Shown piece by piece: positions 47,635 to 55,988 of a stretch of DNA of 64,000 bases. The notes under the pieces were generated by a model. It was not told the DNA's origin and ran no database searches. It saw nothing but the letters and a program-made list of their open reading frames with translations. The position numbers were made by a program, and so were the translations under genes. Origin of the DNA: Clostridiales bacterium (GTDB lineage: Bacteria; Bacillota; Clostridia; Christensenellales; UBA1242); assembly GCA_015055535.1 (NCBI GenBank), contig SVIA01000005.1:3867-67866 (forward strand), given 5' to 3'. Each line of letters starts with the position of its first letter. The stretch's first letter is position 1.

Positions 47635-49266
47635 ATGGAACTTATTAAAAATATGTTGAAATATTTGTTAATATTATTGGTGATTGTGGTGGGAGCGTTG
47701 TCTCTTGTTGGTGGAATAATGTTTCTTTTCCCAAATATTACTATTTTAAATTTCAAATATATAGCAAATCATACAGATGAATATGTATTGTTTCAAAATA
47801 AGGCTATAACAAAAATTAATGTAGAAACTAATAATTATAACATTATTATAATGCCAAATTCAGAAAAAAATGTAAGCAATAACACACAATTTAAGATTGT
47901 TGTTGATAATGATTTTATGGGATTTGCTAATCAAAATTATGAAATTAAACTTGAAATACCTTCTTCAAGTGATGAAAAAGAATATGTTAATGTTTCTGAT
48001 TTTAATGAAGTAAACTTTGCAAATTTTTATAATGATGGCGAAATTACGTTAAAACTTGTAGAACCAACTGGCCTTGTTTCATATTTAAACTCTCAAATTA
48101 TTTTTTATATTCCAGAAACAGCAACAAATATTGAATATAATGTAAAAACTAATGCGGGAAGTATTTTATTTGCACAAAATTCTAATAATCCGTCAAAAAA
48201 ACTTTCAACTTCAGATATAGATATTCATGTTAGTTCTGTTCAAGGCTCATTTAATTTAGATAATGCTAAAATGGAAGATGGTAGTGACCTTGTCATTTCA
48301 AATTATATTGGAAAAGTTAATATTAATAGTGACAATATTGGAAACGTTATTATTGACTCAAATAGTGGTAATTTTACATTTAAAAACATTGGGTATAACG
48401 GTTTTGATGGTGGTAATTTAACAATTAACGGTAATAATCCGTATGTTAGAGCAAACACAATTTATGGTGATGTGGAATATGATTCTACTACAGGATTTTT
48501 ACAAGCAAAACAAATAAATGGTGATGCTATAATTTCAACAGAAAATGGAATTATTAGAATTGATAAAGCTTTGGGCGGAATTCAATTGTCTAATAATAGT
48601 GGAGAAACAACTATCAAACAAATTGGTGAAGCTGATTCTACTAGTAAATCGGTTTCAATTAATAGCAAAAGTGGAGCAATTACTCTTGGTGGAAGAGTTG
48701 AAACTTCTAGTGATACTGAAGAACAAAAGAAAGAACCAAAAGGAATTTATTGGTTAAATAACATTAACGCACAATCTAGTAAAATTATAATAACTAACCT
48801 TTATGCTTCAGAAAGCGAAATTGTTACAACTACTGGTTCAGTTTTAGTTAATTTTGGAGAAAGTGATGACACTAAAAATTTAAATGTTGAAACAAGATCT
48901 GGTGCAATTACACTAAATAATATTTATGGAAAAATTAATGCTAGCACTCAAAAAAGTTCTAAAATAAAAGCAAGTTTTAATAAAATTGCAACAGGAGAAA
49001 CAAGTACATTTAAGACAATAGAAGGGGCAATTGAATTAACACTTCCAGCACCTACAGATAATACTGAAAAACAATATAATTTATCATTAAAAAGTAGAAG
49101 AAATAGAGTTAATGTAAATATTGGAAATTTCAGCTTAACTTCGTTTGAAGGTGAAAAAGATTCTGATCAGTATTATAACTTTACAAGAGCATTCCCACAA
49201 AATGCAGCTACAACTAATACAATTAGTTTAGTAACAAATAGTGGAACATTAGTTGTAAAAGAATAA
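47635..49266 (+). CDS. Membrane-anchored beta-strand-repeat protein (DUF4097-like putative adhesin)
   Basis: N-terminal TM helix and repetitive G/N/S/T-rich beta-helix-like segments (xxGxIxI). The family call is from memory. Confidence 0.45.
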   Translation: MELIKNMLKYLLILLVIVVGALSLVGGIMFLFPNITILNFKYIANHTDEYVLFQNKAITKINVETNNYNIIIMPNSEKNVSNNTQFKIVVDNDFMGFANQNYEIKLEIPSSSDEKEYVNVSDFNEVNFANFYNDGEITLKLVEPTGLVSYLNSQIIFYIPETATNIEYNVKTNAGSILFAQNSNNPSKKLSTSDIDIHVSSVQGSFNLDNAKMEDGSDLVISNYIGKVNINSDNIGNVIIDSNSGNFTFKNIGYNGFDGGNLTINGNNPYVRANTIYGDVEYDSTTGFLQAKQINGDAIISTENGIIRIDKALGGIQLSNNSGETTIKQIGEADSTSKSVSINSKSGAITLGGRVETSSDTEEQKKEPKGIYWLNNINAQSSKIIITNLYASESEIVTTTGSVLVNFGESDDTKNLNVETRSGAITLNNIYGKINASTQKSSKIKASFNKIATGETSTFKTIEGAIELTLPAPTDNTEKQYNLSLKSRRNRVNVNIGNFSLTSFEGEKDSDQYYNFTRAFPQNAATTNTISLVTNSGTLVVKE

Positions 49267-49303
49267 AATACTAAAACAATTTTGAAATATTTAAAAAAAA
49301 CTG

Positions 49304-49332
49304 TTGACATATAAGTTAATATTTGTTAAAAT
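49304..49332 (+). promoter_or_regulatory. Promoter of the rpmG-secE-nusG operon
   Basis: TTGACA (49304-09), 17 nt, TAAAAT (49327-32). Confidence 0.65.
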
Positions 49333-49334
49333 GA

Positions 49335-49362
49335 ATTAGCATCTTATGGGTGCTAATTTTTT
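49335..49362 (+). terminator. Intrinsic terminator of the upstream gene, overlapping the rpmG promoter/TSS region
   Basis: ATTAGCA (49335-41)/TGCTAAT (49351-57) stem followed by T6. Confidence 0.55.
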
Positions 49363-49376
49363 AGTGAGAGGGAATT

Positions 49377-49526
49377 ATGAGAGATAAAATCACACTAGCA
49401 TGTACAGAATGCAAACAAAGAAATTATGATAATATGAAAAATAAAAAAAATACACCTGATAGAATTGAATTAAATAAATATTGTCCTTTCTGTAAAAAGC
49501 ATACATTACATAAAGAAACTAAATAA
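49377..49526 (+). CDS. rpmG: 50S ribosomal protein L33
   Basis: Not in the ORF track (49 aa). [49 protein letters not shown] has the CxxC...CxxC of zinc-type L33. RBS GAGGG. Sits upstream of secE-nusG. Confidence 0.9.
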   Translation: MRDKITLACTECKQRNYDNMKNKKNTPDRIELNKYCPFCKKHTLHKETK

Positions 49527-49537
49527 GGAGTTATTGT

Positions 49538-49762
49538 ATGGCAAAAAATACTAATAAACCAAAAGAAAAAAAAGTTAGAGAAAACAAATTAGCTAAAAAA
49601 ACAAAAGAAACAGTTTCAGAACTTAAAAAAGTAACTTGGCCAAGTTTTGGTACGGTTGTTAAACAAACTGCCATTGTTTTTGGTGTGGTTTTATTTTTTA
49701 CTGTAATATTATTTGGAATAGACCGTTTACTTTCTTGGTTGTTTGGTCTATTAATAGGTTAA
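49538..49762 (+). CDS. secE: Preprotein translocase subunit SecE
   Basis: 74 aa with a basic N-terminus, ELKKVTWPS and a single C-terminal TM helix. Conserved position between rpmG and nusG. Confidence 0.85.
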   Translation: MAKNTNKPKEKKVRENKLAKKTKETVSELKKVTWPSFGTVVKQTAIVFGVVLFFTVILFGIDRLLSWLFGLLIG

Positions 49763-49777
49763 TTTAGGAGTTAGTTT

Positions 49778-50305
49778 ATGGAAATGGATACAGAGGCTAA
49801 ATGGTATGTTCTACATACTATGCCCGGATATGAAAATGTTGCTAAAGAAAATTTAGAAAGAGTTGTAGAAAAAAACAATATCACTCATAGGGTATTTGAT
49901 ATAGTTATTCCAATGGAAGATGCTGTAGAAGAAAAAAATGGTAAAAAAGTAATTGTTACAAGAAAACTTATGCCAACATATTTATTTGTAAAAATGATTT
50001 ACGGTGATGATATTTGGCATAGAATTGTTGGAACAAGGGGAATTACTGGTTTTGTTGGACCAAAAGGAAGACCATTAGAACTTCCTGATGAAGATATTGT
50101 TAAAATGAGACTTGAAAAAACTGAAGTTGACATTACTATTGAAATTGGTGATCAAGTAGAAATATTAGATGGTGCATTAAAAGGCCAAATTGGTAGTGTT
50201 GTTGAAATTAATAAAGAACAATTAACTGCAAAAGTTTCTATTGAAATGTTTGGTAGAGAAAATTTTGTTGATGTTAACCTTGATGAAATTCGTAAAATTA
50301 ATTAG
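49778..50305 (+). CDS. nusG: Transcription termination/antitermination factor NusG
   Basis: KWYVLHTMPGYENVAKENLE NGN domain and a C-terminal KOW (GDQVEILDGALKGQIGSV). Confidence 0.9.
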   Translation: MEMDTEAKWYVLHTMPGYENVAKENLERVVEKNNITHRVFDIVIPMEDAVEEKNGKKVIVTRKLMPTYLFVKMIYGDDIWHRIVGTRGITGFVGPKGRPLELPDEDIVKMRLEKTEVDITIEIGDQVEILDGALKGQIGSVVEINKEQLTAKVSIEMFGRENFVDVNLDEIRKIN

Positions 50306-50315
50306 TGGAGTTTTT

Positions 50316-50474
50316 ATGAACGAAGTTATCTTAGAGGCATTAAAAAATTTAATTAATAATATGGATGCTTTAAACGAAGAATATAATAAAGATTTTGGTG
50401 AAGATTGTCCTTATAAAGCAGATGAAGAATCTGAGAAAATTTTGAGAGATGCTGTTAAAGAAAATAAAGACTAA
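50316..50474 (+). CDS. Hypothetical 52-aa acidic protein
   Basis: ATG at 50316, after TGGAG. MNEVILEALKNLINNMDALNEEYNKDFGEDCPYKADEESEKILRDAVKENKD. The upstream part of the track ORF overlaps nusG in another frame. Confidence 0.4.
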   Translation: MNEVILEALKNLINNMDALNEEYNKDFGEDCPYKADEESEKILRDAVKENKD

Positions 50475-50501
50475 TAAAAATAATACGAAAGTAGGTTTCA
50501 T

Positions 50502-50645
50502 ATGGATAAATTAGATAAACTAAATGAAGCAATGGAAGCATTAAAGGACCTTTATATTAATCAGGTTAAAAATGCTACCCAAAAATATGAAGTTAATTAC
50601 GATTCTGAAAAATTAGACGACAAAGAAGAAAATAAAGAAAAATAA
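50502..50645 (+). CDS. Hypothetical 47-aa acidic protein
   Basis: Not in the ORF track. MDKLDKLNEAMEALKDLYINQVKNATQKYEVNYDSEKLDDKEENKEK. The RBS (TAGG) is weak. Confidence 0.3.
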   Translation: MDKLDKLNEAMEALKDLYINQVKNATQKYEVNYDSEKLDDKEENKEK

Positions 50646-50688
50646 ATTAGAATTTGTATTTAATTGGCGTTAGCCGTTTAAATAAATC

Positions 50689-50740
50689 AGTGGGAGAAAA
50701 ATAAATCTTAATATTTTTCGTTTACCACCAAAAAGGAGAG
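50689..50740 (+). promoter_or_regulatory. Structured leader motif before rplK (candidate L1-binding autoregulatory site, copy A)
   Basis: AGUGGGAGA, inner hairpin GAAAAAUA(50696-703)/UAUUUUUC(50712-19), CGUUUA, outer helix GUGG(50690-93)/CCAC(50725-28), then AAAAAGGAGAG (SD). Confidence 0.45.
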
Positions 50741-50747
50741 AAAAATT

Positions 50748-51173
50748 ATGGCAAAGAAAGTTAAAGCTGTTATTAAACTTCAATTACCTGGCGGAAAAGC
50801 TGTTCCAGGACAAAGCGTTGGTTCTGCTTTAGGACCTCATGGCGTTCCTACAATGGAATTCTTAAAACAATTTAATGAAAAAACTCAAGATAAAGTTGGA
50901 TTTATTATTCCAGTTATAGTTACTGCTTATGAAGATAGAACTTTTGACTTTGTTTTAAAAACACCTCCAGCTGCTGTTTTAATTAAAAAAGCTTGCGGAA
51001 TGGATAAAGGTAGCGCTAAATGTAACAAAGAAAAAGTTGGCAAAATTACAAAAGCTCAAATTGAAGAAATTGCAAAATCAAAAATGACAGACTTAAACGC
51101 TAGTAGCTTAGAAAGCGCTTGCAGTATGATTGCAGGTTCTGCTAGAAGTATGGGCGTAACAGTTGTAGATTAA
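50748..51173 (+). CDS. rplK: 50S ribosomal protein L11
   Basis: [18 protein letters not shown]...ALGPHGV...FNEKT, 141 aa, in the conserved nusG-rplK-rplA order. Confidence 0.9.
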   Translation: MAKKVKAVIKLQLPGGKAVPGQSVGSALGPHGVPTMEFLKQFNEKTQDKVGFIIPVIVTAYEDRTFDFVLKTPPAAVLIKKACGMDKGSAKCNKEKVGKITKAQIEEIAKSKMTDLNASSLESACSMIAGSARSMGVTVVD

Positions 51174-51175
51174 TT

Positions 51176-51216
51176 AGTGGGAGAGAATTAGAGTTCTCGT
51201 TAAAACCAAAAGGAGA
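51176..51216 (+). promoter_or_regulatory. Structured leader motif before rplA (candidate L1-binding site, copy B)
   Basis: Same architecture as copy A: AGUGGGAGA, inner hairpin GAGAA(51183-87)/UUCUC(51194-98), CGUUAAAA, UGG/CCA outer pairs, then AAAAGGAGA (SD). Confidence 0.45.
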
Positions 51217-51221
51217 AAAAA

Positions 51222-51911
51222 ATGAAAAAAAGTAAAAGATATGTTGAAACTTTAAAATTAGTTGATAGTTCTAAAGTTTATGAAATTGAAGAAGGTATTG
51301 ATTTAGCACTTCAAACTAGTAAAGCTAAATTTGATGAAACTATTGAACTTCACGTTAAACTTGGTGTTGATGGTAGAAATGCTGATCAACAAGTTCGTGG
51401 TGTTGTTGTTCTTCCAAATGGAACTGGTAAAAGTGTTAAAGTTTTAGTTATTGCTAAAGGTGATAACGCAAATATTGCTGAAAAAGCAGGCGCTGATATT
51501 GTTGGTGCTGAAGAAATTATTGCTAAAATTCAAAATCAAAATTTCCTAGATTTTGATGTTTGTATTACAACTCCAGATATGATGGGTTTAGTTGGTAGAT
51601 GTGCTAAAATTTTAGGACCTAAAGGTTTAATGCCAAACCCTAAAAGTGGTACAGTTACAACAGACGTTGCTAAAGCTATTAACGACGTTAAAGCTGGTAA
51701 AGTTGAATATAGATTAGATAAAGCTAATATTGTTCACGTAATTATTGGTAAAGCTAGTTTCGGTAAAGAAAAATTATTAGAAAACTTTAACGCATTAATG
51801 AATGCTATTGTTAAAGCTAAACCTGCTGCTGCTAAAGGAACTTATTTAAAATCTATAAGTATTGCTAGCACAATGGGACCTGGAATTAAAGTTAATTATA
51901 AAACAAACTAA
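51222..51911 (+). CDS. rplA: 50S ribosomal protein L1
   Basis: 229 aa with KRYVE...[14 protein letters not shown]...QQVRG and typical L1 N-terminal motifs. Confidence 0.9.
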   Translation: MKKSKRYVETLKLVDSSKVYEIEEGIDLALQTSKAKFDETIELHVKLGVDGRNADQQVRGVVVLPNGTGKSVKVLVIAKGDNANIAEKAGADIVGAEEIIAKIQNQNFLDFDVCITTPDMMGLVGRCAKILGPKGLMPNPKSGTVTTDVAKAINDVKAGKVEYRLDKANIVHVIIGKASFGKEKLLENFNALMNAIVKAKPAAAKGTYLKSISIASTMGPGIKVNYKTN

Positions 51912-51919
51912 TAAAAAGG

Positions 51920-51941
51920 CTCGCGTCTTGCGAGTTTTTTT
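51920..51941 (+). terminator. Intrinsic terminator after rplA
   Basis: CTCGC-GTCTT-GCGAG followed by T7. Confidence 0.8.
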
Positions 51942-51958
51942 AACGAAAAGAGGTGTTT

Positions 51959-52975
51959 ATGAAAATCAAAAATAAATTTTTAAAAGAAAGTTTAAATTTT
52001 GTTTATATTATTGTAGGTATTTTTTTAATGGGTATTGCCTTCAATAGCTTTTTCTATACAAATAACATCGCTCCTGGTGGATTTGGTGGTTTAGCTGCCT
52101 TAATTAGTGATTTATTTGTTAAACTAGATTGGTTTTATATTTCACCTTCTATCATTTATTTGTTTTTTAACCTAATATTAATATTTTTTGCATTTAAAGC
52201 ACAAGGTTTAAAATATTTTTTATACTCTGTATTTGGAATTTTAGTTTATTCTACTTGTATAGAATTTGTTAAATTTAATTTAAATGTTAACGATTTATTT
52301 TTGGCAAGTATATTTGGTGCTTTATTAATGGGATTAGGTATGGGTTTAGTTGTTCGTGGCGGTGGATCTACTGGCGGTGGCGAAATGCTTGGTAAGATTC
52401 TTGCTACTTATAATCCTGATATTAGCATAGGAAAAATCATTTTAATTGTAGACTTTATAGTATTAGCTTTAAGTTTTGCTACTTATGGAATTATAAATAG
52501 CTTATATACATTAATTGCAATATATTTAGCATCAAAAGTAACAGATATAGTTATTGATGGTGGTAAGGGCACAAAAGCTTATTATATTATAAGTGATAAA
52601 CATGAAGAAATTGCAGATGTAATTTTGCATAAGTTATATCGTGGTGCAACTCTTATTGATGGCAAAGGTGTATATTCTAAAAAAGAAAGAAATATATTAA
52701 TGTGCTTGTTAAACAAATATGAGGCACGAAACTTAAGAAAATTAGTTTTTGAAATTGACGATAAAGCATTTTTATTTTGTACAAGCGTAAGTGAAGCTTA
52801 TGGTGAAGGTTTTAGTAAAATTGTAAGTTATTCTAAAGTATTAAAAGTAAAAGCGAAAATTGAAAAGAAAGAAAAAGAAGAAACAGAAAATATAAAATTA
52901 ATAGAAGATATAAATAAAAATGTTATTAGTGTTTCCGATAAGAAAAACGAAGAAGAAATTAAAAATAATGAATAA
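51959..52975 (+). CDS. YitT-family membrane protein (DUF2179 C-terminal domain)
   Basis: Start at the ATG at 51959, after AAGAGG. NNIAPGGFGGLAALISD, GGSTGGGEM, and C-terminal GATLIDGKGVYSKKERNILMCLL...EAYGEGF. Confidence 0.8.
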   Translation: MKIKNKFLKESLNFVYIIVGIFLMGIAFNSFFYTNNIAPGGFGGLAALISDLFVKLDWFYISPSIIYLFFNLILIFFAFKAQGLKYFLYSVFGILVYSTCIEFVKFNLNVNDLFLASIFGALLMGLGMGLVVRGGGSTGGGEMLGKILATYNPDISIGKIILIVDFIVLALSFATYGIINSLYTLIAIYLASKVTDIVIDGGKGTKAYYIISDKHEEIADVILHKLYRGATLIDGKGVYSKKERNILMCLLNKYEARNLRKLVFEIDDKAFLFCTSVSEAYGEGFSKIVSYSKVLKVKAKIEKKEKEETENIKLIEDINKNVISVSDKKNEEEIKNNE

Positions 52976-53110
52976 GTACTTATGTGCTTATTTTTTATGT
53001 GCTTTTTAATGATAATTAATTTTTATAAAAAAAGTTTAATATAAGGTAAAATATATAAAAATGTTAAATAAGTTTAATTAAATGTAATATAAAAAAACAC
53101 CCTAGGGGTG

Positions 53111-53899
53111 TTATTTTCCTAAAAATTTGTTTGTAAACCATAAGAACATACGAGTTGGTAATATTCTTTGAGCAAAATAAAATAATTTATATTTAAAGCC
53201 AATAATTTTCATAGGTTTAGGATTTTTCTTATAACTTTGTTTTAATATTATTTTTGCAACATAATCTGTGCTCATTCGGCTATTATTATCTTCAGTTTTT
53301 GCTAAAGCCTTAGCAGTAGATTCAATAGTATCAGCATAACGTTCATTAGTTGCCATGTTTTTAATTCTATTTTTTTCAAAATTGCTTTTTGTTTGTCCTG
53401 GACAAATTGTTACAACGCTAATTTTACTATTTTTTAATTCCATGTATGCAGATAGGCTAATGCTAGATAAAGCTGATTTACTAGCACAGTAAAATCCGCG
53501 ATAAGGAATAGGAAATAGTGCGCAAACTGAACTAATATTAATGATTTTTGCACCAGATTTCATAAGAGGAAGGGCGTATTTATAACATAGAAATGCACCC
53601 ATAAAATTAACATTCATTAAATGTTCAACTATACTAGATTTTTCAAGTTCTATAGCTCCACTAATTCCAAAACCTGCATTGTTTATTAAAATGTCAATGT
53701 TTGTATATTGTTGTTGAATTGTTTTAAAAGCTAAAATTATATCTTCTTCAATACTAACATCACATTTAATAAAATTATCTAAATTTTTATCATTAGTTCT
53801 GGCTAAGCAAATGGGTATATCACCTTTTTCCTTATACATATTATATAAACACAAACCAATTCCGCTAGAAGCACCAGTAATTACTACAATTTTATTCAT
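53111..53899 (-). CDS. Short-chain dehydrogenase/reductase (SDR)
   Basis: VVITGASSGIG cofactor motif, NNAG, and catalytic YCASKSAL. Confidence 0.85.
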   Translation of the reverse strand: MNKIVVITGASSGIGLCLYNMYKEKGDIPICLARTNDKNLDNFIKCDVSIEEDIILAFKTIQQQYTNIDILINNAGFGISGAIELEKSSIVEHLMNVNFMGAFLCYKYALPLMKSGAKIINISSVCALFPIPYRGFYCASKSALSSISLSAYMELKNSKISVVTICPGQTKSNFEKNRIKNMATNERYADTIESTAKALAKTEDNNSRMSTDYVAKIILKQSYKKNPKPMKIIGFKYKLFYFAQRILPTRMFLWFTNKFLGK

Positions 53900-54093
53900 A
53901 ATTTCCCCTAAAAAATATTTTCAACTATATTATAACACATTAAAAAGAAAAAACAAAACAGAGTAGAATAAATTTGGTATTTTTTTATTTGTATGATAAA
54001 ATTATGAATAATAAATTACATGTTTTAGGGGGTTATTTTTTAAACAATCTTAAAATAAAATGTAAAAATTAAATTTTTAAGGAGAAATGTAAA

Positions 54094-54924
54094 ATGAGTT
54101 ATGCAGACAAGGTGTTTGTAAAAAATGTTAAAGAAATTTTAAAACATGGAGTATGGGATAAAGATAGACTTGTTAGGCCAAAATGGGATGATGGAACGCC
54201 TGCACACACTATTAAAAAATTTTGTTTAGTAAATAGATATGATTTATCTAAAGAATTTCCTATTATAACAATAAGAAAAACAAACTATAAAAATGCTATT
54301 GATGAATTACTTTGGATTTGGCAAAAAAAGAGTAATAATATTAAAGATTTACACAGTCATATTTGGGATAGCTGGGCAGATGAAAGTGGCTCTATTGGTA
54401 AAGCTTATGGCTATCAACTAGGAGTAAAACACCAATATAGTGAGGGTATGTTTGATCAAGTTGATAGAGTAATTTACGATTTAAAAAACAATCCTACATC
54501 TAGAAGAATTATGACGAATATTTATAATCATAGTGAATTAAACGAAATGAATTTATATCCTTGTGCTTATTCAATGACATTTAATGTAACTGGAAATAAA
54601 CTTAATGCAATTTTAAATCAACGCTCTCAAGATATGTTAACTGCTAATAACTGGAATGTATGTCAGTACGCAGTTTTAGTGCATATGATTGCTAAAGCTT
54701 GTAATTTAGAAGTTGGAGAACTAGTGCACGTTATTGCAGACGCTCATATTTATGAAAGACATATTCCAATAGTTAAAGAAATTATAAAACACAAACAATA
54801 TAAAGCTCCAAAGTTTGAAGTTGATGAAAATGTAAAAGATTTTTATGATTTTAAAGTGGATAGTTTTAAATTTGTAGATTATAAATTTAACGATAAAAAA
54901 TATAAAATAGAAGTTGCAGTGTAG
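54094..54924 (+). CDS. thyA: Thymidylate synthase (ThyA)
   Basis: RRIMTNIYN...LYPCAYSMTFNV (catalytic Cys), NQRSQDMLTANNWNVCQYAVL, and DAHIYERH. Confidence 0.85.
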   Translation: MSYADKVFVKNVKEILKHGVWDKDRLVRPKWDDGTPAHTIKKFCLVNRYDLSKEFPIITIRKTNYKNAIDELLWIWQKKSNNIKDLHSHIWDSWADESGSIGKAYGYQLGVKHQYSEGMFDQVDRVIYDLKNNPTSRRIMTNIYNHSELNEMNLYPCAYSMTFNVTGNKLNAILNQRSQDMLTANNWNVCQYAVLVHMIAKACNLEVGELVHVIADAHIYERHIPIVKEIIKHKQYKAPKFEVDENVKDFYDFKVDSFKFVDYKFNDKKYKIEVAV

Positions 54925-54925
54925 T

Positions 54926-55813
54926 ATGGGTTGTGAAATTTGTCCAAGAAATTGTAATGTAAATAGAAACTCTGTTGCAGGTTTTTGTAATAGTACATGT
55001 CTTAAAATAAATAAAGCCATGATTCATTTTTGGGAAGAGCCAATAATTAGTGGGGAAAATGGTAGTGGTACAATATTTTTTAGTGGTTGTAACTTAAAAT
55101 GTATTTATTGTCAAAACTATGAAATAAGTAGTTTAAATAATGGAATTAATATAACAATAAATCAATTGGTTGATATTATAAAAAAACTAGAAGAAAAAAA
55201 TGTAACAAACATAAATTTTGTTACCCCTACTCATTTTACTGATGAAATTATTTCGGCATTAAAAATTTATAAGCCAAAAGTTCCAGTTGTTTGGAATACG
55301 TCAGGATACGAAAAGCCTGAAACAATTGAAAAACTGAAAAATTACGTAGATATCTTTTTATTTGACTTAAAATATTATGATGAAAAATTAAGTTTAGAAT
55401 ATTCAAAAGCTAAAGATTATTTTAAATATGCATCAAACAGTTTAATTAAAGTTAGAGAAATTATTCCTTTAGATATTATTGAAAATAATATTATGAAAAA
55501 GGGAATAATTGTAAGGCATTTGGTTTTACCAAATACAACAAACGATAGCATTAAAATAATTGATTTTATTAACGAAAAACTAGGTAATAAAACTATTGTT
55601 AGTTTATTAAACCAATATACACCTTACTATAAGGCTTTAAATCATCCTATATTAAAAAGAAAAGTTAAAGATATAGAGTATAAAAGAGTGGTAAAACATT
55701 TAATAAATTTAAATTTTGAAAATGCTTATCTTCAAGATAAAGACGCTAGTAATGAATGTTTTATACCAAATTTTGAAGAAGAATTTAATATAACAAAATT
55801 TTTAAATGATTAA
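54926..55813 (+). CDS. Radical SAM protein (PflX-like activating-enzyme family)
   Basis: CNLKCIYCQN (CxxxCxxC) plus an N-terminal CEICPRNCNVNR cluster. The start is either the ATG at 54926 or the TTG at 54914, which overlaps the thyA stop. Confidence 0.7.
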   Translation: MGCEICPRNCNVNRNSVAGFCNSTCLKINKAMIHFWEEPIISGENGSGTIFFSGCNLKCIYCQNYEISSLNNGINITINQLVDIIKKLEEKNVTNINFVTPTHFTDEIISALKIYKPKVPVVWNTSGYEKPETIEKLKNYVDIFLFDLKYYDEKLSLEYSKAKDYFKYASNSLIKVREIIPLDIIENNIMKKGIIVRHLVLPNTTNDSIKIIDFINEKLGNKTIVSLLNQYTPYYKALNHPILKRKVKDIEYKRVVKHLINLNFENAYLQDKDASNECFIPNFEEEFNITKFLND

Positions 55814-55835
55814 TTTTAAATTTTGGCAATTATAT

Positions 55836-55864
55836 TTGACTTAAATTTATTATTGTGTTATAAA
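55836..55864 (+). promoter_or_regulatory. Promoter of the tyrS leader (extended -10)
   Basis: TTGACT (55836-41), 17 nt, TGt-TATAAA (-10 at 55859-64). The predicted +1 is the A of the leader ATG at 55871. Confidence 0.6.
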
Positions 55865-55870
55865 ATTATT

Positions 55871-55915
55871 ATGAAATTAATGCAAAAATCTTATTACTAT
55901 TACTATAAAATTTAG
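55871..55915 (+). CDS. Candidate tyrS leader peptide MKLMQKSYYYYYKI (five consecutive Tyr codons)
   Basis: ATG AAA TTA ATG CAA AAA TCT TAT TAC TAT TAC TAT AAA ATT TAG. No SD, and the ATG coincides with the predicted TSS (leaderless). Lies immediately upstream of the alternative hairpins and tyrS. Confidence 0.55.
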   Translation: MKLMQKSYYYYYKI

Positions 55916-55927
55916 TTCTAGCTAAAA

Positions 55928-55959
55928 GGTAGAAGTTTTTTGCTTATAAGTCTTCTACC
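55928..55959 (+). promoter_or_regulatory. Antiterminator helix of the tyrS leader
   Basis: GGTAGAAG (55928-35) is perfectly complementary to CTTCTACC (55952-59), which is also the 5' arm of the terminator. Confidence 0.55.
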
Positions 55960-55977
55960 ATGTAGAAGATTTTTTTT
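55951..55977 (+). terminator. Intrinsic terminator (attenuator) in the tyrS leader
   Basis: TCTTCTAC (55951-58)/GTAGAAGA (55962-69) with loop CAT, followed by T8 (55970-77). The tyrS SD AAGGAG follows directly. Confidence 0.7.
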
Positions 55978-55988
55978 AAGGAGAAATT

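Noticed and set aside
49335-49362. Hairpin + T-run between the rpmG promoter and rpmG as a leader attenuator of the rpmG-secE-nusG operon
   Set aside because: The predicted TSS (~7 nt after the -10 ending at 49332) falls inside the 5' arm of the hairpin, so transcripts from this promoter cannot form it. It is more simply the terminator of the upstream gene (stop at 49266).
55814-55988. T-box riboswitch upstream of tyrS, the expected regulator in Firmicutes
   Set aside because: No T-box 14-mer (GGUGGUACCGCG-like), no Stem I/specifier loop/AG bulge features, and only ~118 nt lie between the predicted TSS and tyrS. The Tyr-run sORF plus alternative hairpins explain the region better. This should still be confirmed with a covariance-model scan.
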